64,000 nucleotides of DNA from Hemiscyllium ocellatum (Eukaryota). The stretch covers positions 13,577,259-13,641,258 of the forward strand of contig NC_083409.1 in the NCBI RefSeq assembly GCF_020745735.1, written 5' to 3'. The translations under genes were made by a program, and so were the position numbers. Below the pieces are notes generated by a model. That model searched no databases, had not been told where the DNA came from, and was given only the letters and a program-made list of their open reading frames with translations. Below, in pieces: positions 50,840 to 63,519 of this stretch (the stretch's first letter is position 1; each line of letters opens with the position of its first letter).

Positions 50840-51770
50840 ACACTAAAAGAGAGGGGGATAGAGCTTGGACAGAGAAAGAGGGATGGAACTCAGAGTGAGA
50901 TCTATGCAGCTGAGTTAGAGAGGGGTGGGGAGAGTGAGTGAGTGAGAGAGATGGAGTCAAGGAGTTCTATGTCAAAGATAAATTATACTCTGTTAAAGAT
51001 TGCACTGGATGAATGCTGACTCTCTTACTCTGTGAACACTACCCACAAAGCTGTCTAACTTTGTGTCATTAGCAAACTAGAGTATCTGACTTTCTATGTC
51101 ATTATCCAATGCATTAATAAATAATGTAAATAATTGAGGTGTGCGCACACATTCCTATTGGACACCACTGGTCACATCCTGCCAATTTCAGCGCTTATAC
51201 ATGATCCCTATTTTCTGTCACCTGTCACTCAACCAATTTCGGTATGGCAGTATTTTAGCCTCAATTCTGTGGATTTCTAACTGAGTTGACAGTTTCTTAC
51301 ATGGGATTTTATCAAATGCCTTCTGGAAGTCCCTATAAACAACATCCATTGACATTACTGTGTCCAGTAATTTTGTTTCCTCTTCAAAAATGTTCAATGA
51401 GATTTTTCACCATGACCAACTTGTCATGAATCCATGCTGATTCTCTCTGATTAACTGACCATTTTCAAGGTCTTCAGTTACCCCCATCCTTGATTATAGA
51501 GGACAACAATTTCCACACCACAAACGTTGGCTTAGTGACCTGTAATTCCCTGGCTTTTCTCTAACATCCTTGTTAAATGTGAAATGAAATTTGCAATTTT
51601 CCAGTTCAGAGGTACGACTCCTGAATCCAGGTAACTCTGAAAGATTATAGTCAGGGTGTCTGCAATGTGGTCTATTACTACTTTATCACCCTCAGGTCCT
51701 GAGGATTTGTCACTCTTTAGTTCCATTATTCTCCTTATTACACATGTTATATTGACATTAACTTTATTCA

Positions 51771-52048
51771 GGTGACACAGTAGTTAGCACTGCTGCCTCA
51801 CAGCACCAGAGTCCCAGGTTCAATTCCAGCCTTGGGCAATTGCCTGTGTGGAGTTTGCACATTGTCTGCATGGGTTTCCTCCTACTATCCAAAGATGTGC
51901 AGGTCAGGTGAATTGGCCATACTAAATTGCCCATAGTGTTAATTGCATTAGTCAGAGGGAAAATGGGTCTGGGTGGGTTACTCTTCGGAGGGTCGGTGTG
52001 GACTGGTTGGGCCAAAAGGCATGTTTGCACACTGCAGGGAATCTAATC
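51771..52048 (+). mobile_element. HE1-type SINE inserted in a minus-strand CR1 relic
   Basis: GGTGACACAGTAGTTAGCACTGCTGCCTCACAGCACCAG head through GGCATGTTTGCACACTGCAGGGAATCTAATC tail. Confidence 0.85.
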
Positions 52049-55000
52049 AGTCCCTGACACAGATCCTCTGTTAATTCCTTTGGGACTTCAGGCAAGTCCT
52101 CTTCCTTTTCTACTGCAAATCTTGAGGTAAAGTATTTATTTAACATGGCTGTCATTTCCCCATTGTCACTGACAATATCCCTCACTTTCAGTCTTTAATG
52201 GCCAACATTGCTCCTGACCTCCCAGCTTCCCTTTTATGGAACTGTAACATTTCTCCTTATTGATTTGGTTATCCCTTACATGTTTCCTTTCAGAATCCCT
52301 CTTAGAAGCTGATATGGGGCCCTTTTGTATCCTTCCCATTCAGCGGAATCTGTCCTTATTTTTTGCTATTCTGTGAGTCTTTTTTTAACATTTTATTCTT
52401 TCCCTTATCTCTTTAATTGACCATTGTTGTTTGTTCGCTTTTCCCTCTCAGGTATAAAGTAGCTTTGTTTTGTGTTGAATGTTCCTTTAAATATTCCCCA
52501 CTGTTCTTCAGTTGTTTTACCCATGAGCAGATTTTCCCAGTTTATTGTGGACAGTTTCTGTCACATCTCGTTAAAGTCGACCCTTACCTTAATCTCAAAT
52601 TCTAGCAGCTGATTCATGCTTTTTACTTTCAAATGCGACACTGAACTAGATCATGTTATGATCACTATTTGATAAATGTTCATGCACAAATAGTTACGAA
52701 CTAAATCTGGCTCATTATTCATTACTAATTCCAATATTGCTTGTCCCCTTGTTGTATCCAGGACCTATTGCTGTTGGAAACTATTCTGGACACACAGCAG
52801 CAATTCACTACCTTTCTGACAGAGGGCTTGTCTGTCTCCCAATCTAAGTTAAAGTTAAACTTAAACTTCACCATTAAAATACACTGGCTTTGCTCCACAC
52901 TTGTCTAATTTCTGTATATATACAATCCAGCACCTCAGAGCTGCTGTCAGGGGGGTCTGTATCCAACATCTATTACAGTTTTCGATCCTTTCCTGCTCCT
53001 CAGTCCCACTGAATGTTTTCTCCTCATTATGACCTCCCTCACCATTGAAGCCATTTTTTCCCTCATCAATGAAGCTGCTCCACCTCTTCTGCCATTTCCC
53101 CATATCCACCCTGTGAACCTTCTAACCCGATAGATATCGTTCCCAATCTGAATGATTCTGCAACTATGGCTCAGTAATTGATCCGATACCACAATCTTAA
53201 ATTTGAATTTGTGCCTGCAGATTTGTTGTATTTATTCCTTACACTCCGTGCATTCATATATAGAACTCTTATTTGGTCCATTCACCTAAATCTGTTCCTC
53301 AGCACTGATGCTGTATTCACCTCTTTCTTATTTCTCTCCATCTGTTTAATCAATATCCTTCTGATAGCTTTCCTGATATTGCCCAAATAGGACCTTTTGC
53401 CGATTTTTGCTGATGTTGTTGGTCCCAACACATACAACAACAACTGGATCCTCAACCCCCACCCCTCCACCCCCCAAGTCTGTTATAATTAAAAGCCGGC
53501 TCAAGATGCCCTTACCTTGAAACCAGGCAGGCAACACACCATGTGGGGCTCTCAATCCTGCTCACAAAGGATGCTATCAGTTTCCCTCATTATCAAGACC
53601 CCTCTTTTCTTTGTGCTCCCCCAGTCTGAGTGGCCTCCTGGACCATGGTGCAGTGGTTTCCTTCGTTCATTCATAGGAAATGGACATCTCTGGCCAAGCC
53701 AGCAATGACTGCCCGTAGGAGTCATCGAATTATAGAATCCATACAGCGTGAAACAGGCCATTCAGACCAATGAGTCCACACCAACATTCTGAAGAGCATC
53801 CCACCCAGACTTGTCTCCCTACCTTATCCCTGTAAATCTGCATCTCCCATGGCTAATGCACCTAACCTACACATCCCTACATTTTCCCCAGTTTAGACAT
53901 TATAATTTCTGCCCTATCTTTATCTTTTTATATAATGACTTTGAAACTTACAGAGTTATGGTCACTATCACCAAAATCCTCAAACGACATTTGCCCATTC
54001 TCCCGACAATCCTTTTCCTCATTGACACAGGGAGCATGTACCTCATTCCTGTTGGACAAGGAGCTGAGGCACCTGTAAGGCTAAATCCAGGCTGCATCGG
54101 CCTGTTCACTTTTGGTCACACCCTCCTGTCCCTGACCACTGGCCATAATTTGAAGTATTTAACCTACAAGGTGTGACTGTCTCCCCAAACACAGTGCCCA
54201 GGTAACTCCCCTCCCCCCCCCCCGCCTCCCGGTGTGTTGCAGTGTTTGAAGCTCAGATTCCAGCTCATCAACTCTGAGCTGGAGTGCCTTGAGCAACCAA
54301 CACTTGCTGTAGATGTGGTCACTCTGAGCTACAATGGGCTCCACCACCTTCCCCATCGTACAATTACTACACATCGCCCGGCCCTGTATGTGGAAATTAT
54401 TTGAGGAGTTTTTAATTTATATTTTAAAATTTGCTGCTGGTCTTTAGTTTTTAATCTGTAAAATATTTCCGTCCAGGAGACAGAGAATGTGCCAGCACAG
54501 GAGGAGGCTGTTCAGCCCCTCGTGTCAGTGCTAGCTGTTTACGAACCTCAATCACAATGAACATCTCCATTGAATGTCTGTTGTCAGGAAGTGATTGAGT
54601 CTGTTTTTAGAGACAGAATAACGGACAAATATGAACTGGTCCGAGAGAGTCAGCCTGGATTGACAAAGGTTCAGACATCTTTAACTAACCGGATTACACT
54701 TTGTTAGGAGCTCACTAATGTGGGATATAAGGGAATGTCGATGGCTATTGTCTATAGGGAATTCCAAAAGATATTTAAGAATGTTCCACAAAAGAAACAT
54801 TGATTCAGATCTTACACTCCACAACCATCTGATGAAGGAGCAGCGCTCCAAACGCTGATGCTTCCAAACAAACCTGTTGCATTAGAATCTGGTGTTCTGT
54901 GATTTTTAACATTTACATAACAGTCCAACACCGGCATCTCCAAATCATGGAATTGGATGGAATTTGAGAAATGCATTTACGTTGGGTCAGGAATGAGTCT

Positions 55001-55625
55001 GTCTAGGAGACAGAGAGGAAGGATAATGTGCATGTGTTCCAATGAGCCAGATGTGAGTAGTGGTATTCCCAGGGATCTGTGCTGGGACCACAGCTTTTCA
55101 CGATATTTCTCAGTGACTTGGATGAAGAAACAGAGAGCCGTATATCCAAGATTATTGATCACACTGAGTGAGGCAGCTTGGAGGAGGTCACAGAGATAGG
55201 GAGGGTGGAACAACAGGGAGCAGATTGAGAACAAGGATGGGAATTTGAAAATCGAGGTGTTGCTGGACCAGGAGCTGATGTCAGTCAGCTAGGATTGTGT
55301 CGGTTATAGTGGGGTGGGGAGGCATGGACAGGAGTATGGGGTGGACTTGGTGTGAGTTTGAACACAGACAGCAGAGTTTGGAATGAGTTGATGTTTACGG
55401 AAGTCAGTGGCTGTGATGTGGGCCTGGATAACATTGGAATGGTCTCAAAAACATGGTTGAGATTTTCAGTGGCTGATAATTGTGATGTGGAGGATTTGGG
55501 CCTCAAATCAGCCCCAAAGATGAGGCCAAAGTTGTAAAGAGTCTGGTAGAGCAGCAGACAGTGCTCAGGGAGAGGGATGGAGTTTGTACCGGGAGCTGAA
55601 GAGGATGGCTTTGATCTTCCCAATG

Positions 55626-55889
55626 TGTTTCCCAGTGAGCCTGGCTCCTCAGTCCTGACTGCTCTTAGCTGCTGTGATTGTCACTGATTGGACACTTATT
55701 ATTAGAGATTCTGACCACAGCAGAAAGCCCCAGTGTAAAAAATAACTGCAAAGACTGTCAGAGTACAAGGTTGAAACTTCACCAAGAGAGGAAGTGAAAG
55801 AAGGAGCTCGGAGCAGTTGGGTGTTTGTTACTGAGATGGGAGAAAACTGTGAACCGTCTGCACTCCCTGGAATCTGACAGCACAGGAGG
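55626..55889 (+). promoter_or_regulatory. Conserved distal upstream block of cluster 2 (candidate enhancer)
   Basis: Homologue of 30793-31050; GAGGAAGTGAAA at 55788-55799, ACCACA at 55714-55719, CAGTTG at 55814-55819. Confidence 0.5.
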
Positions 55890-56449
55890 AGGCCATTCAG
55901 CCCATCATGCCTTTGAATGATCCAGTTAATCCCACTGCTCCCCCCTCTCTCCCCGTAACCCAGCAAATCTTTCCTTTACAGCTCAATCTCCAATTCCCTC
56001 TTATAGACCTCATGTCCACAGAGTGAGACTGCCCTGAACCTGGGCTTCAAATTGGCATCTCATTCATTCATTGGGAGACAAACTGCCTGGGCTGGGAAAT
56101 GGAGTTCAGTACCCTGAACATTCCCTCTCCCCTCCTGAGGGACACTTCATTTGGTTTTGCATATTCACCTGTGGGAAGTGGGCTTCACCGGCTGGGCCAA
56201 CATTTTTTACCCTGTCCCTAGTTGCCCTGGAGTAGGTGGTGGGAAGCTGCCATCTTGAATTGTTGTCGTCTACAAGCTGTAAGTTGACCCACAATGCCAG
56301 CATTTTAACCCAGCAAGGCTGAGGGATCAGCGACATATTTCCAAGTCCGGATGCTAAGCTTTTTCGAGGGGAACTTGCAGCTCAGTGTTCCCATGTATCT
56401 GCTGCTCTTGTTCTAAATGGAAGTGAACGTGGGTTGGAAGGGAAACCAA

Positions 56450-56635
56450 AAGAACTGCAGATGCTGTAAATCCGAGACAAAAATAGAAAGTGCTGGAAAA
56501 GCTCAGCAGGTCTGGCAGCATCTGTGAAGAGAAATCAGAGTTAATATTTCATGCTCAACCAGAAATGTCAATTCTGATTTCTCTCCAAGATGCTGCCAGA
56601 CCTGCTGAGCTTTTCCTGCAATTTTTATTTTTGTC
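56450..56635. mobile_element. Palindromic pair of PLE pseudo-LTR fragments
   Basis: GGAAAAGCTCAGCAGGTCTGGCAGCATCT ... AGATGCTGCCAGACCTGCTGAGCTTTTCC inverted arms; centre ~56551-56560 next to GAAATGTC. Confidence 0.75.
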
Positions 56636-59162
56636 CATGGGTTTGGAAGGTGCTATCTGAAGATCGGTGATGAATTTCTGCAGTGCATCTTATCGATAAT
56701 ACACACTGCTGCTATGGAGCGTCAGTGACGGTGAGTTTGGATGCTTTGAGAATGCGATGCCAATCAAGGAGTTTGCTTTGCTCTGGATGGTATCAAGTTT
56801 TTTGAGTGGATAAGAAAGACATAGGATACAATCGACATAGATAGGAAAGGTTTCAAGGGATATGTGTGAAATGCAGGCAAATAAGATGAGTTCACTTCAG
56901 AAAACCTGGTCAGCATGTAGAAGTTTGGCTTAAGGGTTTGTTTCTGTGCTGTATGACTCTGTGACACTATCAATCTATGAATGTTGTTGGAGCTGCACCT
57001 GTCCAGGCAAGTGGGGAGTATTTGCTCACACTCCTGACTTGGTTGACAGGCTTTGGGGGAATCAGGAGGTGAGTTACTGGATGCAGTATTCCTAGCCTCT
57101 AACTTGCTCTTGTAACCACTGTGTTTCTTTGGTGAATCCAGTTGTGTTTCTGGTCAATGGCACCTCAAGAATGTTCATAGTGGGGATTCAGTGATGGTAA
57201 TAGCATTGATTATCAAGAGGCTATGTTTAGATTGTCTCTTATTGGTGATGGTGATTGGCTGGCATTTGCATGGCACCAATGGGAAATGTCACTTCTCAGA
57301 CAAAACCTGGATATTGTCCAGATATTGTTGCATTTGCACGTGGACTGCTTCAGTATCTGAGCAGTTGGGAAGAGTGCTGAGCATTGTGCAATACGAGTTT
57401 GCCTTGAGTTGCAATATCTGTTCGGGGTCTGTCCTATTTAGTACGGTGATAGTACCACACAACACAATGGAGGGGATTCTCAATGTGAAGGTCAGACTTT
57501 GTTTCCACAAGGACTGTGTGATGGTCACTCTTACCAATACTGTCAAGGACAGATGCATCTACAGCCACAAGATTGGTGAGGATGGGGTCAAGCATCTTTT
57601 TCCATCTTTTGGTTCCAGCTGCAGAGCCAGTCCCTCAGCTACATCCATGAGGAACCAACCAGCTCGATCAGTAATGCTGCTGCCGAGCCACTCTCAGTGG
57701 TAGACATTGAAACCCCCCATCCAGTGTACACTCTCTGCTGTCATCACCCTCAGTGCTTCCTCCAAATATTGTTCAACATCCAGGAGAGACTGATTCATCA
57801 GCCGAGGGAGCAAGATATCTTGTAATCACCAGGAGGTTTCCTCGCCCATGTTTAACCTGGTGTCATGAGTCTTTATAGGGTCCAGAGCCAACTTTGAGAC
57901 TTCCCAGGGTAACTCCCTTCTGGCTGCAGACCACTGTGTCATCAGCTCTGCTGGGTCTGCCTTTCTGGTGGGACAGGACACATGCAGGGACAGTGATGGT
58001 GGTGTCTGGGACATTGTCTGTAAGGTGTGGTTCTGTGAGTATGGCTGTGTCAGGCTGTTGCTTGAGTCATCTGTAAGACAGCTCTCCTGAATTTGGCACT
58101 AGCTCCCAGATGTCAGTAAGGAGGACAGAGCAGGGTAGACAGGACTGTTTCTGTCATTGTCTTTTCGGTGTCTAGATCGATGCCTGTGGTCCGTCCGGTC
58201 TCATTTCTTTGTTGAAACATTGTCATAATTGATACAACTGAGAGCCTTGCTCGGCCATTTCAGAGGGCACTAGAGAGTCAACCACATTGCTAGAGGACAG
58301 TGCCGTGTACCTCGGCAGTACATTCCGACCTCCCCCACTTCCCCATTCTGTATATGGAAGGCGGAAGCCTGCCAGCAGGATATTCACCCGCAGGAGCTAT
58401 CACAGCCCGTGTGCAATTCTGTCCCCACATCAAATCCACACAAATCCTGAATTCACATAACACCTTCAATGTCCAAACATTCCAAGAATGTTCACAAAGT
58501 TGCAGTAAGAGGGATGGGGGAGAGGGTGGAGGAACATAAGAACTAGGAGCAGGAGCAGGCAATTCAGCCCCTCGAGCCCACTCCACCATTTAATACAATC
58601 ATGGCTGATCCCATCTCAGACTCAACTCCACTTTCCTGCTCACTCTCCATCATCCTTTAACCCATTACCCATTAAATATCTGTCCATCTCCTCCTTGGTG
58701 TGAGACAGGGAAGGGACCACTCCATTTCAGAAAAGACTGACCATGGAAGGGGAAGGAGAGGGGAAGGGATTGGAACATGTTGTGAATGGACAGGATGGGT
58801 CAGTGGTCAGAGCCTGTCCTGTGCCTCCAACTCACGCTGATGATCTGAGGATCTCCTCTCTCTGCTGGGCCTTCACGGAATGAGGTTTGTGTCCAAACCA
58901 GTCCCCAGTGAGAATAGGCCAACAGCACAGAACAGCACAGAACTGCCCTTCATTTGACCAGAATCTGTCCATCTTCCTGAGAGAGGCCAAACCCTGGTCA
59001 ATGTGGAAATAGGGCCTTACTCCAGGAGAAGACGGGGTCAAGGGTTAACATCCATTAGTGGGACAGAGCAGTGGGAGATTTATCCTGCATTCACTGTCAC
59101 CACCCAGGACACTGTCAGAAAGAGAGAGCAGTGAGGCAGAGAGAGAGATGGAGGGAAAAATA

Positions 59163-59198
<36 letters not shown>

Positions 59199-60304
59199 AA
59201 GAAAGAAAGAAAGAATGAGAGAGAGAGATAGAGGGACGAGCATCTGATACGGTGTAAGATATGTGAGCGGACCAAGACAGAGGTAGAAGGAGGTAAAAAT
59301 GGCGAGGTTGAGGGATAGAGAGAGAAACAAGATGTGACACAGTGTGACTGAGAGGGATGGAGAGAGACAAAAAGACAAGGAGAGAGAGAAAAAGAGACAG
59401 GATGGGTGTGAGACTAAGCATGAAGAGAGTTGAGAGGGAGGGTAGGGTTGAGTGTGAGAGAGAAAGAGAGATGAGTATGGGTAGATTTATAATGACAGAG
59501 AGAGAGGGAAAGAGACTGCAAATTGGGTTTGAGAGAGGGAAGGAGAGAGAAAGAGGGAGGAATAGAGAGTGACAGATAACAATTGGAGGCTTTTAATTGA
59601 AGTGAGAGAGGGAGCGAGTAACAGAGACAGTGAGAGATGGAGAAACAGATGATAAGATGGAGTAAGAAAGCATCAGTGAGTTGGAGAGAGTGGCTATGAG
59701 ACAGAGTGTGTGTGTGTGAGAGAGGGAGAGAACATGAAAGAGATTAACAGTGGGAGAGAGAGATAGAGGTAGAGAGAAAGAAATGGTAGATGTGAGTCAG
59801 AGAGAGAGAGGGACAAGTCCTGGTCACCACACTCTGGGAAGAATGTGATTGTACCTGAGAGGGTACAGGGGAGATTTCCCAGGATGCTGCCTGAATGTGA
59901 GCTTTGGGCACACCTCCTCCCTGCCCAGCCCTGTTAGAATTTTATATGTTTCAATCAGATCCCCTCTCATCGTTCTGAACACGAGTGAGTCCATGGCCAG
60001 GCGAGTTGGAGAGTGAAAGGAGAGTTGAGAAGAAATGTTTTCACCCAGAGGGTGGTGGGAGTCTGGAACTCACTGCCTTAAAGGCTGGTTGAGTCACAAA
60101 CTCTCGTGACATTGGAGCAGTGTTTAGATATTCCCTTGTGTTGCTGTAACCCCCAGGGTAATGGGCCAAGAGCTGGAGGATGGGATTAGTGTCATCAGAT
60201 CTTTGTTTACCAGCACAGACACAATGGACCAAATGGCCTCATTCAGTGCTGTTCACATCAATGACTCTGAGACAGAGAGAGTGACAGAGAGAGAGAGAGA
60301 GAGA

Positions 60305-60403
60305 AGAGGAAGTGTGAGGGGCTGACGTGGCTCTCTCTGCCTGATGCCATTTACATACTGAGGAACACCCAGTCAGACTCTCACAGGCTGCAGCTTTATA
60401 AAG
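60305..60403 (+). promoter_or_regulatory. V promoter of cluster 2
   Basis: AGAGGAAGTG (60305-60314), TGACGTGG (60323-60330), ATTTACAT (60349-60356), CTTTATAAAG (60394-60403), i.e. -158, -140, -114 and -69 from the ATG. Confidence 0.72.
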
Positions 60404-60462
60404 CAGAGCCCAGGGAAGGGAGAGTTTATCAGGAACCAGGCACAGGGACAGGAGCACACACC

Positions 60463-60511
60463 ATGATTTCACACATCCAGCTGATCTGGCCCCTGGCATT
60501 CTGTATCGCAG
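60463..60511 (+). CDS. IGKV: Ig light-chain leader exon (cluster 2)
   Basis: ATG...MISHIQLIWPLAFCIA/G then phase-1 donor gtacaa; 186-nt intron to ccctcag at 60697. Confidence 0.93.
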
Positions 60512-60697
60512 GTACAAATCTCTCTCCTTCCACCTTGAATCTTTCGCTGCTCTCCATTTCACTCCAATTCCACTGACTTGTGATTGAAGGGAAAATGCTG
60601 AAACCAGAGGAATGCTCAGTGTCTCCAACAATCTCTCATTTGACCGGCTCTTTCTGTGACAGTTCTGACTTCACTGTGTTTCTCTCTGACCCCTCAG

Positions 60698-60994
60698 GTA
60701 TCAGTGGGGACATCACCATGACCCAGTCTCCCCCGGTGCTGTCAGTGGAACTGGGCCAGACTGCAACCATCACCTGTAAGGCCAGTCAAAGCATTAGCAG
60801 CTACCTTGCTTGGTACCAGCAGCGAGAAGGTCAGAAACCCTCTCTCCTGATCTATTATGCAGCAACTCGATTCACAGGAGTCTCAGAGCGATTCACCGGC
60901 AGTGGATCAGGGACCAGTTTCACCCTGACAATCAGCAACGTTCAGAATGAGGATGTGGCTGACTATTACTGTCAGCAAGGTGACAGCTGGCCTT
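60698..60994 (+). CDS. IGKV: Unrearranged Ig kappa-type V exon (cluster 2), open frame
   Basis: [98 protein letters not shown]; conserved Cys, Trp and DYYC; mature domain starts at 60709. Confidence 0.96.
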
Positions 60995-61022
60995 CACAGT
61001 GATACAGAACTGAACAAAAACC
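60995..61022 (+). other. 12-bp-spacer recombination signal sequence of V
   Basis: CACAGTG-ATACAGAACTGA-ACAAAAACC: consensus heptamer and nonamer, 12-nt spacer. Confidence 0.97.
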
Positions 61023-61460
61023 TCAATACATAAAGCACTACCTCCTGTCCTGACACATCCCACAGTTACATAAAATGTATAATAATGGACACACAGTCCC
61101 ACCGCCTGAACTGATATATCCACAGTTAGATCTAAACGAAATTGATCAAATTACCCCAAACTAGGATTGGCACTGTCCACGACACACTCCAATCCCTGTG
61201 GTGTCTCAACGGTCACTGAAAGCCTCAAGTTTCCCTCTTACATTCCATGGCCACATGTGAAGAGCAGCTGCAAGATTTAACATCGAAAAATAAATTTCAC
61301 AAACCTCCCGAGCCCAGCTGGAAACAACCCAGAGAGACAGAGAGAGAAAGACACATGAATGAGGGAGAGACAGAGAGGGGCAGGGAGAGGGTGAGAGTGA
61401 GTGAGAGACAGATAGAGACAGGGAGAGGTTGACAGTGATAAGTGGGAAGCAGAGAGCTGA

Positions 61461-61499
61461 GGTTTTTGTACAGCCTCTGCACTGGGAGCTCTCACTGTG
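61461..61499 (-). other. 23-bp-spacer recombination signal sequence of J
   Basis: GGTTTTTGT (61461-61469), 23-nt spacer, CACTGTG (61493-61499). Confidence 0.97.
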
Positions 61500-61534
61500 G
61501 TACACGTTCGGTAAAGGAACCAAGCTCAGACTGA
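61500..61534 (+). CDS. IGKJ: Ig light-chain J segment (cluster 2)
   Basis: G TAC ACG TTC GGT AAA GGA ACC AAG CTC AGA CTG A = YTFGKGTKLRL (FGXG motif), followed by donor gtaagt. Confidence 0.96.
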
Positions 61535-61909
61535 GTAAGTAAACCTCAATCCTCTGTTATTAACCCTGTCAATACTGAAACACACTTTCTAAAATACAGT
61601 TGCTGATTTGTTGAAGGTGTTAGTGGGAAGCTGCAGTGAATGAAATGGTTGATTGAGGAGCACTGTGTCTAACAGGGTGTCCATCTGTATTTCTTTACAT
61701 TCATACCCTCTTTAAAAAAAGCAAGATATAAGTCAGTCAGTTTTACTCACTGTGTGGAGGAGCTCTGTCCATTTACAGCCTGTGGTCCCATTCCTGCAGC
61801 ATGGAGTGAAATCAGTGAGTAGCCTCCTGCCAGTCTCAGTGTGACGGACACGGGGCAGAGTTTGATTTTAGCTCTGGCTCCCTGTCCCAGTCTCTGATCT
61901 CACTGACCT

Positions 61910-61944
<35 letters not shown>
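61910..61944. repeat. (CAG)n microsatellite in J-C intron of cluster 2
   Basis: 35-nt perfect tract, reverse complement of 24102-24136. Confidence 0.95.
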
Positions 61945-62399
61945 CAGTGAGACACCGAGCTCCCACCTCCCCCAGCTTTAACTCTGCTCAATCACACAAT
62001 CACAGAACTGTTACAGTGCACAAGGAGGCCATTCCATCCATCCTGTCTGGACTAGCTCTCCGAATGAGCAATTCACTGAGTGTCATTCTCCTGCCTTCTC
62101 CCTGTCACCCTGCACGTTGTTCCTTTTCAGATAACAGTCTCATTCCCTTCGGAATGTTTCAATTGAAGCTGCCTCCACCACACTCTCAGGCAGTGCATTC
62201 CACACCTTAACCACCCACTGGCTGAAAATGTTTTCCCTCATCTCACTTTTCTTACTTTTCCAATTACTTTCAATCTGTGGCCTCTCGGTCTCAATCCTTT
62301 CACAAGTGGAATCATTTTCTCCCTATTTACTCTGTTCCAGGCCCCCTCCTGATTTTGAATTTCTGGAACAATTCTCCTCGCTGCCTTCTCCAAAGACTT

Positions 62400-62590
62400 G
62401 AAGGTGCCGGTGTTGGACTGGGGTGGACAAAGTTAAAAATCACACAACACCAGGTTATAGTCCAACAGGGGGTTTATTTGGAAGCACCAGCTTTCGGAGC
62501 GCCCCTCCTTCATCAAATGGTTGTCAGCGGTGCTCCGAAAGCTAGTGCTTCCACATTAACCTGTTGGACTATAACCTGATGTTGTGTGAT
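62400..62590. mobile_element. Palindromic pair of PLE pseudo-LTR fragments
   Basis: ATCACACAACACCAGGTTATAGTCCAACAGG ... CCTGTTGGACTATAACCTGATGTTGTGTGAT; centre ~62516-62528 beside CGAAAGCT cores. Confidence 0.75.
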
Positions 62591-63519
62591 CTGTAACTTT
62601 CTCCAAAGAAGACAGTCCCAGATTCTCCAATCTATCTTCATACTGATATTCCTCATCCCTGGAATGATCTTTGTGCATATGTTTGCCAGCTCTACAAAAC
62701 ATTCACCTCCTTCCTGCATTATTCACATTATTTATGTCCCTCATGATTTTATAAACCTCTGTAAGGTCACTCCTCAGCCTCCGGCACTTCAGGGTAAAAG
62801 ATCTCAGCTTTTCCAGCCTCTAATGGTCACGGAGTCATACAGCGTGGAAACAGATCTTTCAGTCTAACTTCTCCATGCTAACTAGATATCCAAAACTGAC
62901 TTCAGCCCATTTGCCAGCATTTAGCCCACATCCCTCTAAACCCTTCCTATTCATGTACCCATCCAAACATCTTTTAAATGCTATAATTGTATCCGTCTCC
63001 AGCACTTTCTCTGACAGCTCGATCCATACACACACCACCCTCTGTGTGACAAGTTACCCCTCAGGTCCCTTTTGGATCTTTTGCCTCTCATCTTAAACCT
63101 ATACCCTCTAGTTTTGGATTCCCTTTCCCAAGGCAAAGACCTGTGATGTACACCCTGTCCATGCCCGTCATGATTTTATAAACATCTATAAGGCCACCCC
63201 TCAGTCTCCGATCCTGCAGGAAAAATAACCCGTCTATTGAGCCTCTTCCGACAGCTCAAACCCTCCAGTTCCAGGCAACATCCATGTCAATCTTTTCTGC
63301 TGAATTTTAAGTTTAACAGCATCCTTCCTATCACAGGATGATCAGAATTGTTCACGTTATTCCCAAAGTAGCCTCACCAATTTCCTGTACAGCTGCAAAT
63401 GATGTCCCAACTCTGATACTTAGTGCAGTGACCAATAAAGGCAAGTGTACCCAACACCTTCTTCATCTCCCTGTCTCCCTGTGACTCCACTGTCAAGGAA
63501 TAATGCCCCTGCACCTGCC

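Noticed and set aside
57264-57271. Perfect octamer ATTTGCAT 3.2 kb upstream of V2
   Set aside because: Embedded in a LINE fragment, with no counterpart seen in cluster 1; an 8-mer is expected by chance in 64 kb.
61748-61754. CACTGTG in the cluster 2 J-C intron as a second J or Kde-like RSS
   Set aside because: No nonamer at 12 or 23 spacing, no FGXG frame follows, and the heptamer is absent in cluster 1.
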